Source: Ostrea edulis
Lineage: Eukaryota
NCBI RefSeq assembly: GCF_947568905.1
Contig: NC_079169.1
Coordinates: 55,428,001-55,492,000 of the forward strand
Direction: 5' to 3'
DNA: 64,000 bases
In this document: piece by piece, positions 12,901-25,120 of the stretch
Position numbering within the stretch: position 1 is the first letter of the stretch
Layout: the number at the start of each line of letters is the position of its first letter
The notes under the pieces: generated by a model
Seen by the model: only the letters and a program-made list of their open reading frames with translations
The model's database searches: none
What the model was told of the DNA's origin: nothing
Translations under genes and position numbers: made by a program

Positions 12901-14804
12901 TCGCATATGACGTCACTGTACCACGTGACTACCTATCTAATTAACTAGGCTTTTTGAAATCGGGGCTTAGATTTAAGTCCATATTGTGGCTAATTATCGC
13001 AATACTTCAGTGAACAAACTATTACAATTAATTTCTATAAGCATAAGGAAGACAAAATGCATATAATTCTGTATACTTTGAAAACACGAGATGTGTCCTT
13101 TAACCTCATTCATCTCTTATTAACGTCTCAGAGGCACTTCTAACACAACTAGTCTCAACCAGCTCCAACTGAACAGCATTTCATTCACCTTCGTTTATTT
13201 GATACGTAGAAATTTAGTTTTTATAACATACTTGCAGATATCTTGTACACATTTACACTAATTGATGCTAATAAGGATGGAAGAATATCTAAACAAGAGC
13301 TGAAAGAAGCTGCCTATCTCATAGGAATGAACCCAACAGATAGGGACATTAAAGCGTGGTGGAAATTAGCAGACATCAATAGTAAGTGTTATTGTGTAGT
13401 TTGTTTTATTGTACACCCAAACAAAAATTTCTAAAAGCACGATGGAGGGGAGCAGGAATCATTATTGTGTAGAGACCACCCAGATATAGTAAGGCGTGGT
13501 AGTGGTTACTACATATCAGTGCTAAATGTTATTATATACCAAGGCAGTGTCGTAAGTATCACGGGGAATCCCACAGGGGAATAAGGCAAGGAGGAAGTTT
13601 ATAGACACTAATATTGTATAGCGAGACTGTTAAATGGGTATGAACCACATAGAGACATTAATAAGAGTACCGTAAACGGTACATAATACGCACGTGAGAA
13701 GGCCATATGGGGTGTTTTTATTATAATAAGGTGTTTGTTTTGTGACATTGATTAGCAAAACTGTCAGGAGTTGTAGAACTTTACTTAAGGTAGTATCAGC
13801 CATCATCAAGTTGTGGCATACTTTGCTTTGTAACATATGGATACAGGAAGGTTAGCAATGTTACCTGGTCTTTTAAATTTTCGTATCTATTCAGGATAGC
13901 TTATTCGATATATGGGTTAATCAACAAATGTGTGGATCGTTATTTAAAAAGTCACAGATTTGGAAGTTTAAAACAACTCGAAATTAATATGAACAGGTAA
14001 ATCCTTTATAAAGTCATTCAGCCGTGAAAAACATTTATCAAGTGAAAAGTTAAATTATAAGGAATGAATCTGCTACTAAAGTATGTTGTTGAGTAATAAA
14101 ATACCTTGGTGCATGTTTCGCTTTTCATAAACTGCTGCGAATATTATTTGTGCAATTTTCACCAAGTTATGCTATATAACCCAATAGTACACTTCACTAT
14201 TAAATTATTCCTTAATTAAGTAACATAATTTTCATCATAATTTCAATATATTCATGTCTATACTGTATTCATTACATGAAAGAATATAGGATGTTATCAT
14301 CATGAACACATCTGAATAGTTGAAATTAATATTATACCAGATGATGGGTTCATTGACGTTCACGAATACGTTAACGTGATGAAATCCAACTACACGTCAA
14401 TAGATATTGAGAAAGAGCGTCTGAAGGCGGCGTTCGGAGTCATAGATAAAAATGGGGACGGCTGCATCTACAGAGTGGACTTTATCAATATATTAACACA
14501 CAACAACAGTTCTATCACAAAAGAGGAAGCAGACCTTATGTTTACAGAAGCGGATACTTTAGGGAAAGGCTATATTGACTACAAAGGTAGGATTTAATTG
14601 TGTTCAGGCTTTCGATGTAGCTCGACTGATAGATGTAGAAAATAAATTGTAAAGATCAATCGAACACGGCCATCAGCGTATTTCATATTTGTGGAAACAG
14701 GTTGTTGGAGATTGATAACATTATAGATGATTTCGTCATTTATCACATTTATCTATCTTTCAGATTTTGTTGATTCCAAGTTGTGCAACTCCATATTCAG
14801 ATGA
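9979..14804 (+). CDS. Calmodulin-like EF-hand protein 2 (201 aa, 4 coding exons)
   Basis: Exons 9979-10153, 13238-13381 (144 nt), 14341-14586 (246 nt), 14764-14804, all GT-AG and phase 1. ATG in GCCATG context. Protein: MSREQ...RKERRRLTITATPYASKIRKPRELTEEQFANILYTFTLIDANKDGRISKQELKEAAYLIGMNPTDRDIKAWWKLADINNDGFIDVHEYVNVMKSNYTSIDIEKERLKAAFGVIDKNGDGCIYRVDF...EADTLGKGYIDYKDFVDSKLCNSIFR*. ELTEEQFA matches calmodulin QLTEEQIA. Confidence 0.92.
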
Positions 14805-14969
14805 TGTTTGCATTTTGTCGGAACCTTTCCACCAAGTAACTTCTTTTTCTAGAAGGGATTAAACCGGTACAATTATTTAGAGCAGACAGTGGTTTTGAAA
14901 ATATTTCAAGATGAATAACATTATCAAACAATATGTATATAATTTTGGATTATGAAATGTGTACTTACT

Positions 14970-16600
14970 TCATATTATAAGATGGAGTGTGTTTGGGATG
15001 ATGCCATGGGAATATAAGATGGAGTATGTTTTGTGATTATAAGATGGAGTGTGTTTGGATGAATATTTGTGATTATAAGATGGAGTGTGTTTGTGGATAC
15101 CTTGTGATTATAAGATGGAGTGTGTTGGTGGATACCTTGTGATTATAAGATGGAGTATGTTTGGGTGGATATCTTTTGATTATAAGATGGAGTGTGTTTT
15201 GGTGGATATCTTGTGAATATAAGATGTAGTGTGTTTGGTTGGATATTTGTGATTATAAGATGGAGTGTGTTTGGGTGAATATCTTGGGATTATAAGATGG
15301 AATGTGTTTCAGTGGATATTTTGTGATTAAAAGATGGAGTGTATTTGGGTGGATATTTATGCTTATAAGATGGAATGTGTTTTGGTGGATACCTTGAGAT
15401 TATAAGATAGAGTGTGTTTGGTTGTATATTTGTGATTATAAGATGGAGTGTGTTTGGGTGGATATTTGTGTTTGGGAAGATATTTGTGAATATAAGATGG
15501 GGTATGTTTCAGAGGATATTTGTGATTATAAGATGGAGTGTATTTGGGTGGATATTTATGATTATAAGATGGAGTATGTTTTGGTGGATACTTTGTGATT
15601 ATAAGATGGAGTGTGTTTGGTTGGATATTTGTGATTATAAGATGGAATGTGGTTGGATGGATATTTGTGATTATAAGATGGAATGTGTTTCGATGGATAT
15701 TTTGTGATTAAAAGACGGAGTGTGTTTGGGAAGATATTTGTGAATATAAGATGGGGTGTGTTTCAGAGGATATTTGTGATTATAAGATGGAGTGTATTTG
15801 GGTGGATATTTATGATTATAAGATGGAGTATGTTTTGATGGATACTTTGTGATTATAAGATGGCGTGTGTTTGGGTGGATATCTTTTGATTTTAAGATGG
15901 GGTGTGTTTGGATGGATATTTATGATTATAAGATGGAGTGTGCTTTGGGTGGATATTTCTGAATATAAGATGGAGTGTGTTTGGGTGGATATAATGTGAT
16001 TATAAGATGAAATGTGTTTTGGTGGATATTCAGTGATTAAAAGATGGAGTGTGTATGGGAGGATATTTGTGAATATACATGTAAGATGGAGTGTGTTTGG
16101 GAGGATATTTGTGAATATAAGATGGAATGTGTTTGGGTGGATATTCTGTATATAAGGTTGAATGTGTTTTGGAGGATACATGTGATTATAAGATGGAGTA
16201 TGTTTTGGTATATACCTTGTGATTATAAGATGGTGTGTGTTTTGATGGGTGTCTTGTGATTATAATATGGAGTGTGTTTGGAGTGGATACCTTGTGATTA
16301 TAAGATGGAGTGTGTTAGGATGGATACCTTGTGATTATAAGATGGAATGTGTTTGGGTGGATACCTTGTGATTATAAGATGGAGTGTGTTTAGGATGAGG
16401 CTTTGTAATCATAACATGGAGTGTACTTAAGAGGATATTTGTGCTTATAAGGTAGGGGGTGGATAGGTGGTAATCTTGTAAATATATGGAGTATGCTTGG
16501 GAATATGCCTTGTGATTCCAAGATGGAGTGTGTTTGGGATGATACTTTGTGAATATATGTTGGGGAGGGGGGGGGTATCTTGTAATTATATAAGATGGAA
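14970..16600. repeat. Minisatellite, ~36-37-bp unit GATTATAAGATGGAGTGTGTTTGGGTGGATATTTGT
   Basis: About 40 degenerate tandem units. These explain the spurious ORFs at 15414-16619. Confidence 0.95.
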
Positions 16601-17444
16601 AATTGTTTAGAATTATCATTATTTTTTAATGGTGTGTGTTTTGGATGATATTTTGTTAATACAAATCATAAATGTATGGCTATTTGTTAGTTGACAATCC
16701 ATATGATTCTTGGCACACTTATTTTGACTACAGATAACCCCGTTTACCTGATCAAGATATAGGGCTCATGGTGGATGTGACCGGTCGACAGGGGATGCTT
16801 ACTCCTGGGCACCTGGTCCCACCTCTGGTATATCCAGGGGTCCGTGTTTGCCCAACTTTCTATTTTGTATTGCTTAAAGGAGTTATGAGATTGATCACTG
16901 TTTGTTATCTTCACCTGTCATGATATAGATATGATTTTTTCAGTATATGTATATACTTACATTTATTACGTTTGTCAGTAAAAGTTATATATCTTCACCT
17001 TTCATACTATTGATTTAGTTGTGTATGTGATATTAAACATGCATGTTTCAAATACTAATTCCGCGCATCTTTTTATTCATCCCTTCTTCATACATAATTT
17101 TGTTTCGCTATGATAGCTAGATTTGATACGGTAATCAATGAACAATTACACGGTTTATTAGTTATGCTACCAGAGACTTTTAGGGAACGTCTAGTCTTAG
17201 CTTTGTCCATCCGTTCATCTTTTCTTTTGAACATTCCAAATGGGGGACAAATGTTAGTCAAGGCCATATCTAAAGGTCACATTCATTCAGGAAATATTAG
17301 AATAGCTAGTACATGTATATAATATCTGTCCTTGCCATCTCACTCTGTGTGTGGGTGCTGATTACGTGCAACACATTTCTTTCCGGGTAGTAATATTTTC
17401 ATATCTTATTTATATAAACGTTTACTTATTGAAGAGATGATAAA

Positions 17445-19078
17445 CCTAATACTGGACACACCAGGAGATACTAAACCTAATACTGGACACCCCAGGAGTT
17501 ACTAAATCTAATACTGAACACACCAGGAGGTACTAAACCTAATACTGGACACACCAGGAGGTACTAAACCTAATACTGAACACACCAGGAAGTACTAAAT
17601 TTATTACTGAACACACCAGTAAGTATTAAACCTAATACTGAACACACCAGGAAGTACTAAACTTAATATTGAACACACCAGGAAGTACTAAATCGAAACC
17701 TGCACACACCAGGAAGTACTAAATCTAATACTGAACATACCAGGAAGTAGTAAACCTAATACTGGACACACCAGGAAGTACTAAACCTAATAATGAATAC
17801 ACCAGGAAGTACAAAACCTAATACTGAACACACCAGGAAGTAATAAATCTAATACTGGACACACCAGGAGGTACTAAACCTAATACTGAACACACCAGGA
17901 GGTACTATACCTAATAATGGACACACCAGGAAGTACTAAACCTAATACTGGACACATCAGGAAGTACTAAACCTAATACTGGACACACCAGGAGATACTA
18001 AACCTAATACTGGACACACCAGGAGGTACTAAACCTAATACTGGACACACCTGGAAGTACTAAACCTAATACTGGACACACCAGGAGATACTAAACCTAA
18101 TACTGGACACACCAGGAGGTACTAAACTTAATACTGGACACACTAGGAGGTACTAAACTTAATACTGGACACACCAGGAGGTACTAAATCTAATACTGGA
18201 CACACCAGGAGGTACTAAACCTAATACTGAACACATCAGGAAGTACTAAACCTAATACTGGACACACCAGGAGGTACTAAACCTAATACTGGACACACCT
18301 GGAAGTACTAAACCTAATACTAAACACACCAGGAAGTACTAAACCTAATACTGGACACACCAGGAGATACTAAACCTAATACTGGACACACCAGGAGGTA
18401 CTAAACTTAATACTGGACACACCAGGAGGTACTAAACTTAATACTGGACACACCAGGAGGTACTAAACCTAATACTGGACACACCTGGAAGTACTAAACC
18501 TAATACTGAACACCAGGAGGTACTAAACCTAATACTGGACACACCAGGAGGTACTAAACCTAATACTGGACACACCTGGAAGTACTAAACCTAATACTAA
18601 ACACACCAGGAAGTACTAAACCTAATACTGGACACACCAGGAGATACTAAACCTAATACTAGACACACCAGGAGGTACTAAACTTAATACTGGACACACC
18701 AGGAGGTACTAAACTTAATACTGGACACACCAGGAGGTACTAACCTAATACTGGACACACCTGGAAGTACTAAACCTAATACTGAACACCAGGAGGTACT
18801 AAACCTAATACTGGACACATCAAGAAGTACTAAACCTAATACTGAACATATCAGGAAGTACTAAACCTAATACTGAACACACCAGGAGGTACTAAACCTA
18901 ATACGGGACACACCAGGAAGTACTAAATCTAATGCTGAACACACCAGGAGGTACTGAATCTAATACTGAACACACCAGGAAGTACCAAATCTAATTCTGC
19001 ACACACCAGGAAGTACTAAACCTAATACTGAACACACCAGGAGGTCCTAAACCTAATACTACACACACCAGGAAGTAA
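17445..19078. repeat. Minisatellite, 31-bp unit CTAAACCTAATACTGGACACACCAGGA(A/G)GTA, about 52 copies
   Basis: Period of 31 (CCAGG at 17461 and 17492). Confidence 0.97.
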
Positions 19079-19626
19079 AAACACCAAACTTCGAGGCTGT
19101 CGTATTATAAATCTAAGTCAACCTCGACATTCAGATTGCAATTAATTAAATTTGCATTGTACTTACGACATCTAATAATGAAACTAATTGAATTAACTTT
19201 CAAACTTAGATTGCGGCATTATTGATCCGTCACACCTAAGTGGTGATAAAACCTACCTATTTCTATCGCACTTTATTTAGCTGGTCCTCCAAATCCGCGG
19301 TCAGTTTTTTAAAATTCTTCTCTGTGAAACAATGAAGGCGAAAATTACCCGCGCCACTCAGTCTGACTGGATTGTCCGGCATTTGTTTAAAAGAGATTAA
19401 AATTCGTGCAGTCTGAAAGAAAACTGATTAAGTTGTCTCTTTCAAAGTTATCCTACCCAAATGGTGTTCAGTTCATTTAACAAGGTCGGTAATATAAATA
19501 TTATCCCATCTTAACCATAATTTCCTACGTAAAAGGCTGTATATAAATCGACCAAGATCTACTTTCTCGGATAATCGTATTAGCTCTTTGCCATCTCGGC
19601 CTTTGTGAATATCAAAACAAACTGCC

Positions 19627-20315
19627 ATGTGCACTTTGCAAGAGGTATCACCTGGCCTGGACACCATAGAAATCTCTCGATCCAGGAGGAAGCCTCGCAG
19701 GAAGGAGTCCCTTTCAGCGTACGTTCGAAAGCCAAGGAAACCCAAGGACTTGTCTGAAGAAAATTTTCAAGGTGACATTAAAACTATTTGTTGTAATTAG
19801 GTTAATAGATCATTTGTGAAAAGGAAGACTCAATTGTTCAAAACAGATGATTTATCCACGTTTTGTATTCTTTGTTGGAGTTATTCGATTGATCACTGTT
19901 TGTTGTCTTCACCTTTCATGTAGGCACCCGATCCTATCTCTGGTGTGTCCAAGGGTCCGTGTGTGCCCTACTCTTAATTTTGTATTCTTAATAGGAATTT
20001 TGAGATTGATCACGGTTCGTTATCTTCCTTTTTCATTTTCAAGCGCAAAAGCACTACAGACATTCAAGATTGTGATAACTCATTTCATGAAACTGTTAAA
20101 AGATACTTTATTGAATTAACTGCAATACATTCTCCCTGGTTTCAAAGTATGCTAGAAATGAAAGATCATTAAAGAAATCTCAATCAGAATGTTTGAAAAA
20201 TTTTCCAAAGAATTGCAACTATTATGAATTCACAATTTATCGTAACTATTGACGGCAATACATGTTATTAGCCACGACTGTAAAACACAGTTCTAATCTA
20301 CATGTAAATCATGAA

Positions 20316-20364
<49 letters not shown>

Positions 20365-21689
20365 ACTCCGGAACTTATGGCAATATTCAATAACAAATCC
20401 CTTTCTTTTCTTCCTAAGCATATTTTCTTTCTGACAGAAATAATGAACAGCTTTAAAATCATGGACGTGAACGAGGATGGACGAATATCGAAGAAAGAAC
20501 TGCGGGATGCGGCTTTTCTGATTGGTCTGAATCCGACCAAGAGAGAACTGGAGACTTGGTGGAGGGAGGCGGACACCAATAGTTAGTATCAATTATTCTG
20601 ATTAAAAAGAGAGGAAATTTGATATGCATTTTGTGTAGAAATGTTTGGAAAGGCTTATAAATTGATTGATTGTATGGGGATTAACACCATTTTGGCAATA
20701 TTTCAGCCATTTATGGCGGGGATGCTTATAAAAGTGGGAAATCTAACCAAAATATATTTCATAGAATATCATTAATTTTAAAATCAAATATGATATTTTA
20801 CGACTTTTACCACGCAACTGTAGATATACAGTGATGATTTTATGTTGTTATGGTATACATGTATCGCTTAAATTAACATTTTTAGGGGGGGGGTGTAATA
20901 GTTGAACTGTTCGTAGTCTAAAAATTATGAGTGATGTATGGTATAAATCATTAAAATACAATTAAGATTTATATTTAATTCTTAACTATTAATCATGAAC
21001 AGAGGACGGCTTTGTAAGTGCGGAGGAATACCTTAACATCATGAAGTCAAATTACGTGTCAATAGATATAGAACGGGAGAGAATGATCGCCGCCTTCAGC
21101 GTCATCGACACCGACGGTGACGGGAAAATCTCCCTGGAGGAGATGAAATTTGTACTGAGCTACAAAGACGACACCTTGTCAATCGCCGAAATAGAGTCTT
21201 TGTTCAAGGAAATAGACACTTCAAACCAAGGGTTTATCAATTTCACGGGTAAGGATCACTGTAAAGCTAGGTATCAATTATAGATTCGATGGATGAAAAT
21301 AAAAAATACAACCGTATAAATTATTGTAAAAGTACGTACAATTCACGTTTGGTTTTTTGTATGCACATACTCAATAATTGATACTCATATCATTTTATCG
21401 GTTATTATAGATTTACACTAATTTCAAAAGTTTTGTCATTTTTTGCATGATATACACAACACAGTGGGGGGAACTCTCCTGCTCTTTTTGTTTCAATCCA
21501 CATGTACAAAAAATTTGATAACATGGAAATGAAGTGATAAGCATAGTAGCAGTAGTTATTCATAAACTACCAATGCGCTACATATTTACAGCTTGTTTAG
21601 CTCTAATACAATGATGCATTTAAGTTCAGATCATTTCTTTCTTTCATATAGACTTCGTGAATTCATCCCTTTGTACGAAAATATTCTGA
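19627..21689 (+). CDS. Calmodulin-like EF-hand protein 3 (190 aa, 4 coding exons)
   Basis: Exons 19627-19771, 20438-20581 (144 nt), 21003-21248 (246 nt), 21652-21689, all GT-AG and phase 1. Protein: MCTLQEVSPGLDTIEISRSRRKPRRKESLSAYVRKPRKPKDLSEENFQEIMNSFKIMDVNEDGRISKKELRDAAFLIGLNPTKRELETWWREADTNKDGFVSAEEYLNIMKSNYVSIDIERERMIAAFSVIDTDGDGKISLEEMKF...EIDTSNQGFINFTDFVNSSLCTKIF*. Confidence 0.92.
20320..20362. repeat. (GA)n microsatellite in intron 1 of calmodulin-like gene 3; (TA)n tracts also at ~26783, 36677, 47574, 48564-48680, 56889
   Basis: Directly visible. Confidence 0.98.
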
Positions 21690-24084
21690 TGTTTCCGGAA
21701 TAAGCAGATTTTCTCAAAATGGAGGGTTTTTCCCGGGCAAAATTAAGACGATTGGTTCATCAGACAACGAAAATGTTTTCTTGTCGACTGTTGGAAAGAA
21801 TACTCCTTTCAAGCCAGATTAAAACCAGATGCAAATGGAGAATTTCAACCCAGATTTCATCAACCTATCCATATCAGAGATGCTGTGATTTCTGTACCAT
21901 TGCATTTCCTTTCCCTTGGCAGAACTTTCGTTTAAGGACTATGTCTTAATTTACATGTACATTATGCAATGATCGTTTTGAAGTCTCCATTTAAAAGTCC
22001 CAGTGACCAAAGTTGGTAGAACCTCAAAACACCGTAACAAATCTGGGTCAAACTGATTAAAAACCTGAGGGATTATACTTAATGTTTAGGCGGATCAAAC
22101 ATGAACGTCCTTGTTTTGTTATATGTTAATCCTCAATGCCATTGTTACGTCTTTAACGGGTCATTTTGTTCTCTATTACAGTTCTCAATATTCAACTGGA
22201 CTTTCTTAACTAAATTATTGACGAATTTACAAATCTACTAGCACTCATTCAGTAAAACTGTACAAATAGAATTAAAAGCTTATCAAAATAAACACCTTTT
22301 TCTAGCTGTACAACTCTGAACGTTTGCATTTCAGTATATATGCATTACAAAGTTTATTGTATGCGAGGAAACTTCATTATACGTACTTTAGATAAAGGTG
22401 TTTTTGTTCATCAGCTAAAAATGTACCTGTCTTTTTATTCATTAGTGATTTTGCTCATCAGATACTAGTTTTTCTCCCATTCTGTATCGTGCCTTTCAGA
22501 ATTTCAGAAAGGAAAACAAAGGGAATCAGGAATTGGAGAAAAAACTAGCTATTTATGAAATCAATTTCATTTTTGAAAATACATGAGGCATTAACTGCCA
22601 CGCTTTACATCGGCATACTTCATGAAGCCTGATTGAGTATGAATATATTTACCTAATGAATACAACATTTAAGGATGTACGGGACTGACGATTTTGAAAT
22701 TACCGCGCAACTCCGAATGACGTAAATAAATCCTATGTCGTTCGCATCTACTGTTTGATTCTGAGTACATATAAGATAATATCTTCATTGCACTTAATTT
22801 TATAGATATATTTTACATAAGCTAAGTTAAAAATATTATTAGATTCGAAATAAAAACAATCGCGTAAATTTTACGACTTTAATTACTTTTCGGCAATGTA
22901 AACATAGTGTTGTCGTCTGAGACACTTTTGACACATTGAAATTCAGAAATGCGGGGAAAACGCGGATTTCAGTCAGTTAAAGCGATCCAGCGTTACGGCA
23001 AGGTTTCTTTGGCTCAAAGAAGACGATGGGAAGCTGCTTTACCAAGACAAGAAGGTTCTGTATAAAAAAAATTACCATTGCATGCAACATTGTCGCAAAT
23101 TAAATCCGACACAGTACATTTCAATTATAAGCATGTGACTGATCGCGATCCACATGTCAATGTGACGTGACGTCATCTGATAAATGAAAAGGTGAAGATA
23201 ACAAACAGTGATCAATCTCATAACTCCTATAAGATTTATACAGATCCAAAATAACATCCCCACCGTTCGCTAAAAACGGAGGACAAGAAAGAGAAAAAAG
23301 GTAATGCCGTACTGAACTACACGGGGACGTATCCCAATACTATGTTCGGTTACATAATATAAAGTATTTTCAGGGTGATGCCAATCGAATTATGCGTTAC
23401 AAATAGAATCCTATTATTGTGGTATAACGTAAGGTACAGAATTGCTTCAAACCTGTATTTAAAAAAAAAACACATATACAAACAATTCTAGTAATTATCT
23501 TTTTTTTTTTTAAAATCCACAGGTTTATGGTATCTGGAAATCAATAATATCATATTAAAATACATAATTATGTCTATTGTGCTTATACATAAAGCATTGT
23601 GACGTCACGAACATTAAAGTTTGTTGTTTCTATCCATCCTAAGACATGATAAAACTAGATGCTGTCATGAGACAGTAATATGCTCTCCGTCGTACTTGTC
23701 TTAACATACTCTATACCATATACTTATATAGTCTTGTTGCATGTGCCAAGATGCATTGAGTATTCAGATGGGCAAGTGCCCCGGGGTCATTCCAACCTCG
23801 TCGTTTTTTTTATTGTTCAGATATCTTTAACATATTCAAATGGTTGAGATTTTCGTCGTTTTTCCATCCCATTTGACCCTCAATGTGAAAAAGAAAATTC
23901 GGAAAAATGATTGCACATCTAAAAGATGTCACTAATCATCTCTCAAAAGATGATTTTGCTAATGCATAAAATGTGAGAGGAGTTCTGGGAACCAAGTTTT
24001 TCTATATAATAGAAACACTTCGTTTTTCAACACCCATTTCGCCCCCCATGTGAAAAAAATTCTGAAACCGTATAGCAAATTAAT

Positions 24085-24265
24085 CTACGAAAGCACAGAA
24101 AGTTCATTCGATTGGCATTCAAGAATCCGAGATTCGAATTTCGAGATTCAATAAATGAATCAACCAGTCAGAATACTCAATAAACTATGGCTAAAATTAT
24201 AACCAATCAGAAGCTTTATCTTTTAACGAGTTCGAATCTCGAATGAGCCTTCTGGGCTTTCGTAA
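24085..24265. mobile_element. MITE with ~27-bp terminal inverted repeats
   Basis: Left end TACGAAAGCACAGAAAGTTCATTCGA versus reverse complement of right end TACGAAAGCCCAGAAGGCTCATTCGA. Confidence 0.7.
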
Positions 24266-24649
24266 TAATTTTAAAAAAAAAAACTTTAATTTCTATTAAA
24301 GGTGCATACATTGAGTGCAATAGCTTTCACTGCCTTTTTAAAAATTATTTTCATAAAAGATGCGGACCTACAGTATACGTGCAATGGTTTTGACTATGTT
24401 CCTTGTTGATTTTACAATACTGGTACTTGGAATAGTTTTGACCTCCATCTTTATTGTTTTTTGTGAAATGTATCCATGTATTAAGATATAATCTTGTATT
24501 TTTTATGAATTATGATGATCATATCGATGATCGTGTACGATACCCATTCATACACGAGTCAGAGATTCTAAAACTGTACAACAAACAAACAAACAAAATT
24601 ATGCAAAATCTACTAATGAAAGACAAAATATAATTTTCTATGAACATCA

Positions 24650-25120
24650 CTAAGGTTTTACATAGAAAGTGGATTTATCCGGAATTTGATTGGAGTTACA
24701 TCCATCCGACACGCAACAGAAGTGACAGCTGTACAGACCAGTCATTGGTCCACCGCCGTAATTCATGCAGTACTCCTGGTCTGACGTCTGATGTAGCCAC
24801 TTGTTTCGGCATTCTTGTTCAGTCACACACCTAGTAAATAAAATCCAAGCATTGAATCCTTCACAACCTTTGCATTCGATATGTTTTGAAATATGTCCTA
24901 AGGTTTTTATCGTCTACTCTCCAAGTTAGATTATGAAGAACACGTAAATATTCTCTGTACCTTTTATAGGTGTATGGATACTGATATCCATTATGGACAA
25001 TATCCGTCATACAGAAATCTTTCCCTGACGCGCATGTCTGTAAACTTCCCATGTAAATTGACGTCATATCGCACGTGATATTGTTTTTATCATCTCCACA
25101 TACGTGACACTTTCTTGTAC
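24650..25120 (-). CDS. C-terminal 12-Cys Ly6/uPAR (three-finger/LU)-like domain, two exons (25120-24961, 24830-24650)
   Basis: [54 protein letters not shown]|[59 protein letters not shown]. Has the N-terminal CxxC and the C-terminal CCxxxxCN signature of LU domains. Confidence 0.88.

Noticed and set aside
15414-16619. Repetitive ORFs in satellites (also 28815-29621, 31537-32023, 55093-55428, 58094-60107)
   Set aside because: They are translations of tandem repeats, with no splice support or sensible composition.
20311-20586. ORF MKNGERERERER... as the N-terminus of calmodulin-like gene 3
   Set aside because: The ER run is a (GA)n microsatellite in the intron. The exon starts at the 20438 acceptor and joins the 19627-19771 exon.
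2471-21689. Naming the EF-hand genes calmodulin (CALM) or troponin C
   Set aside because: Sequences are too divergent from the nearly invariant calmodulin, so only 'calmodulin-like' is supported.
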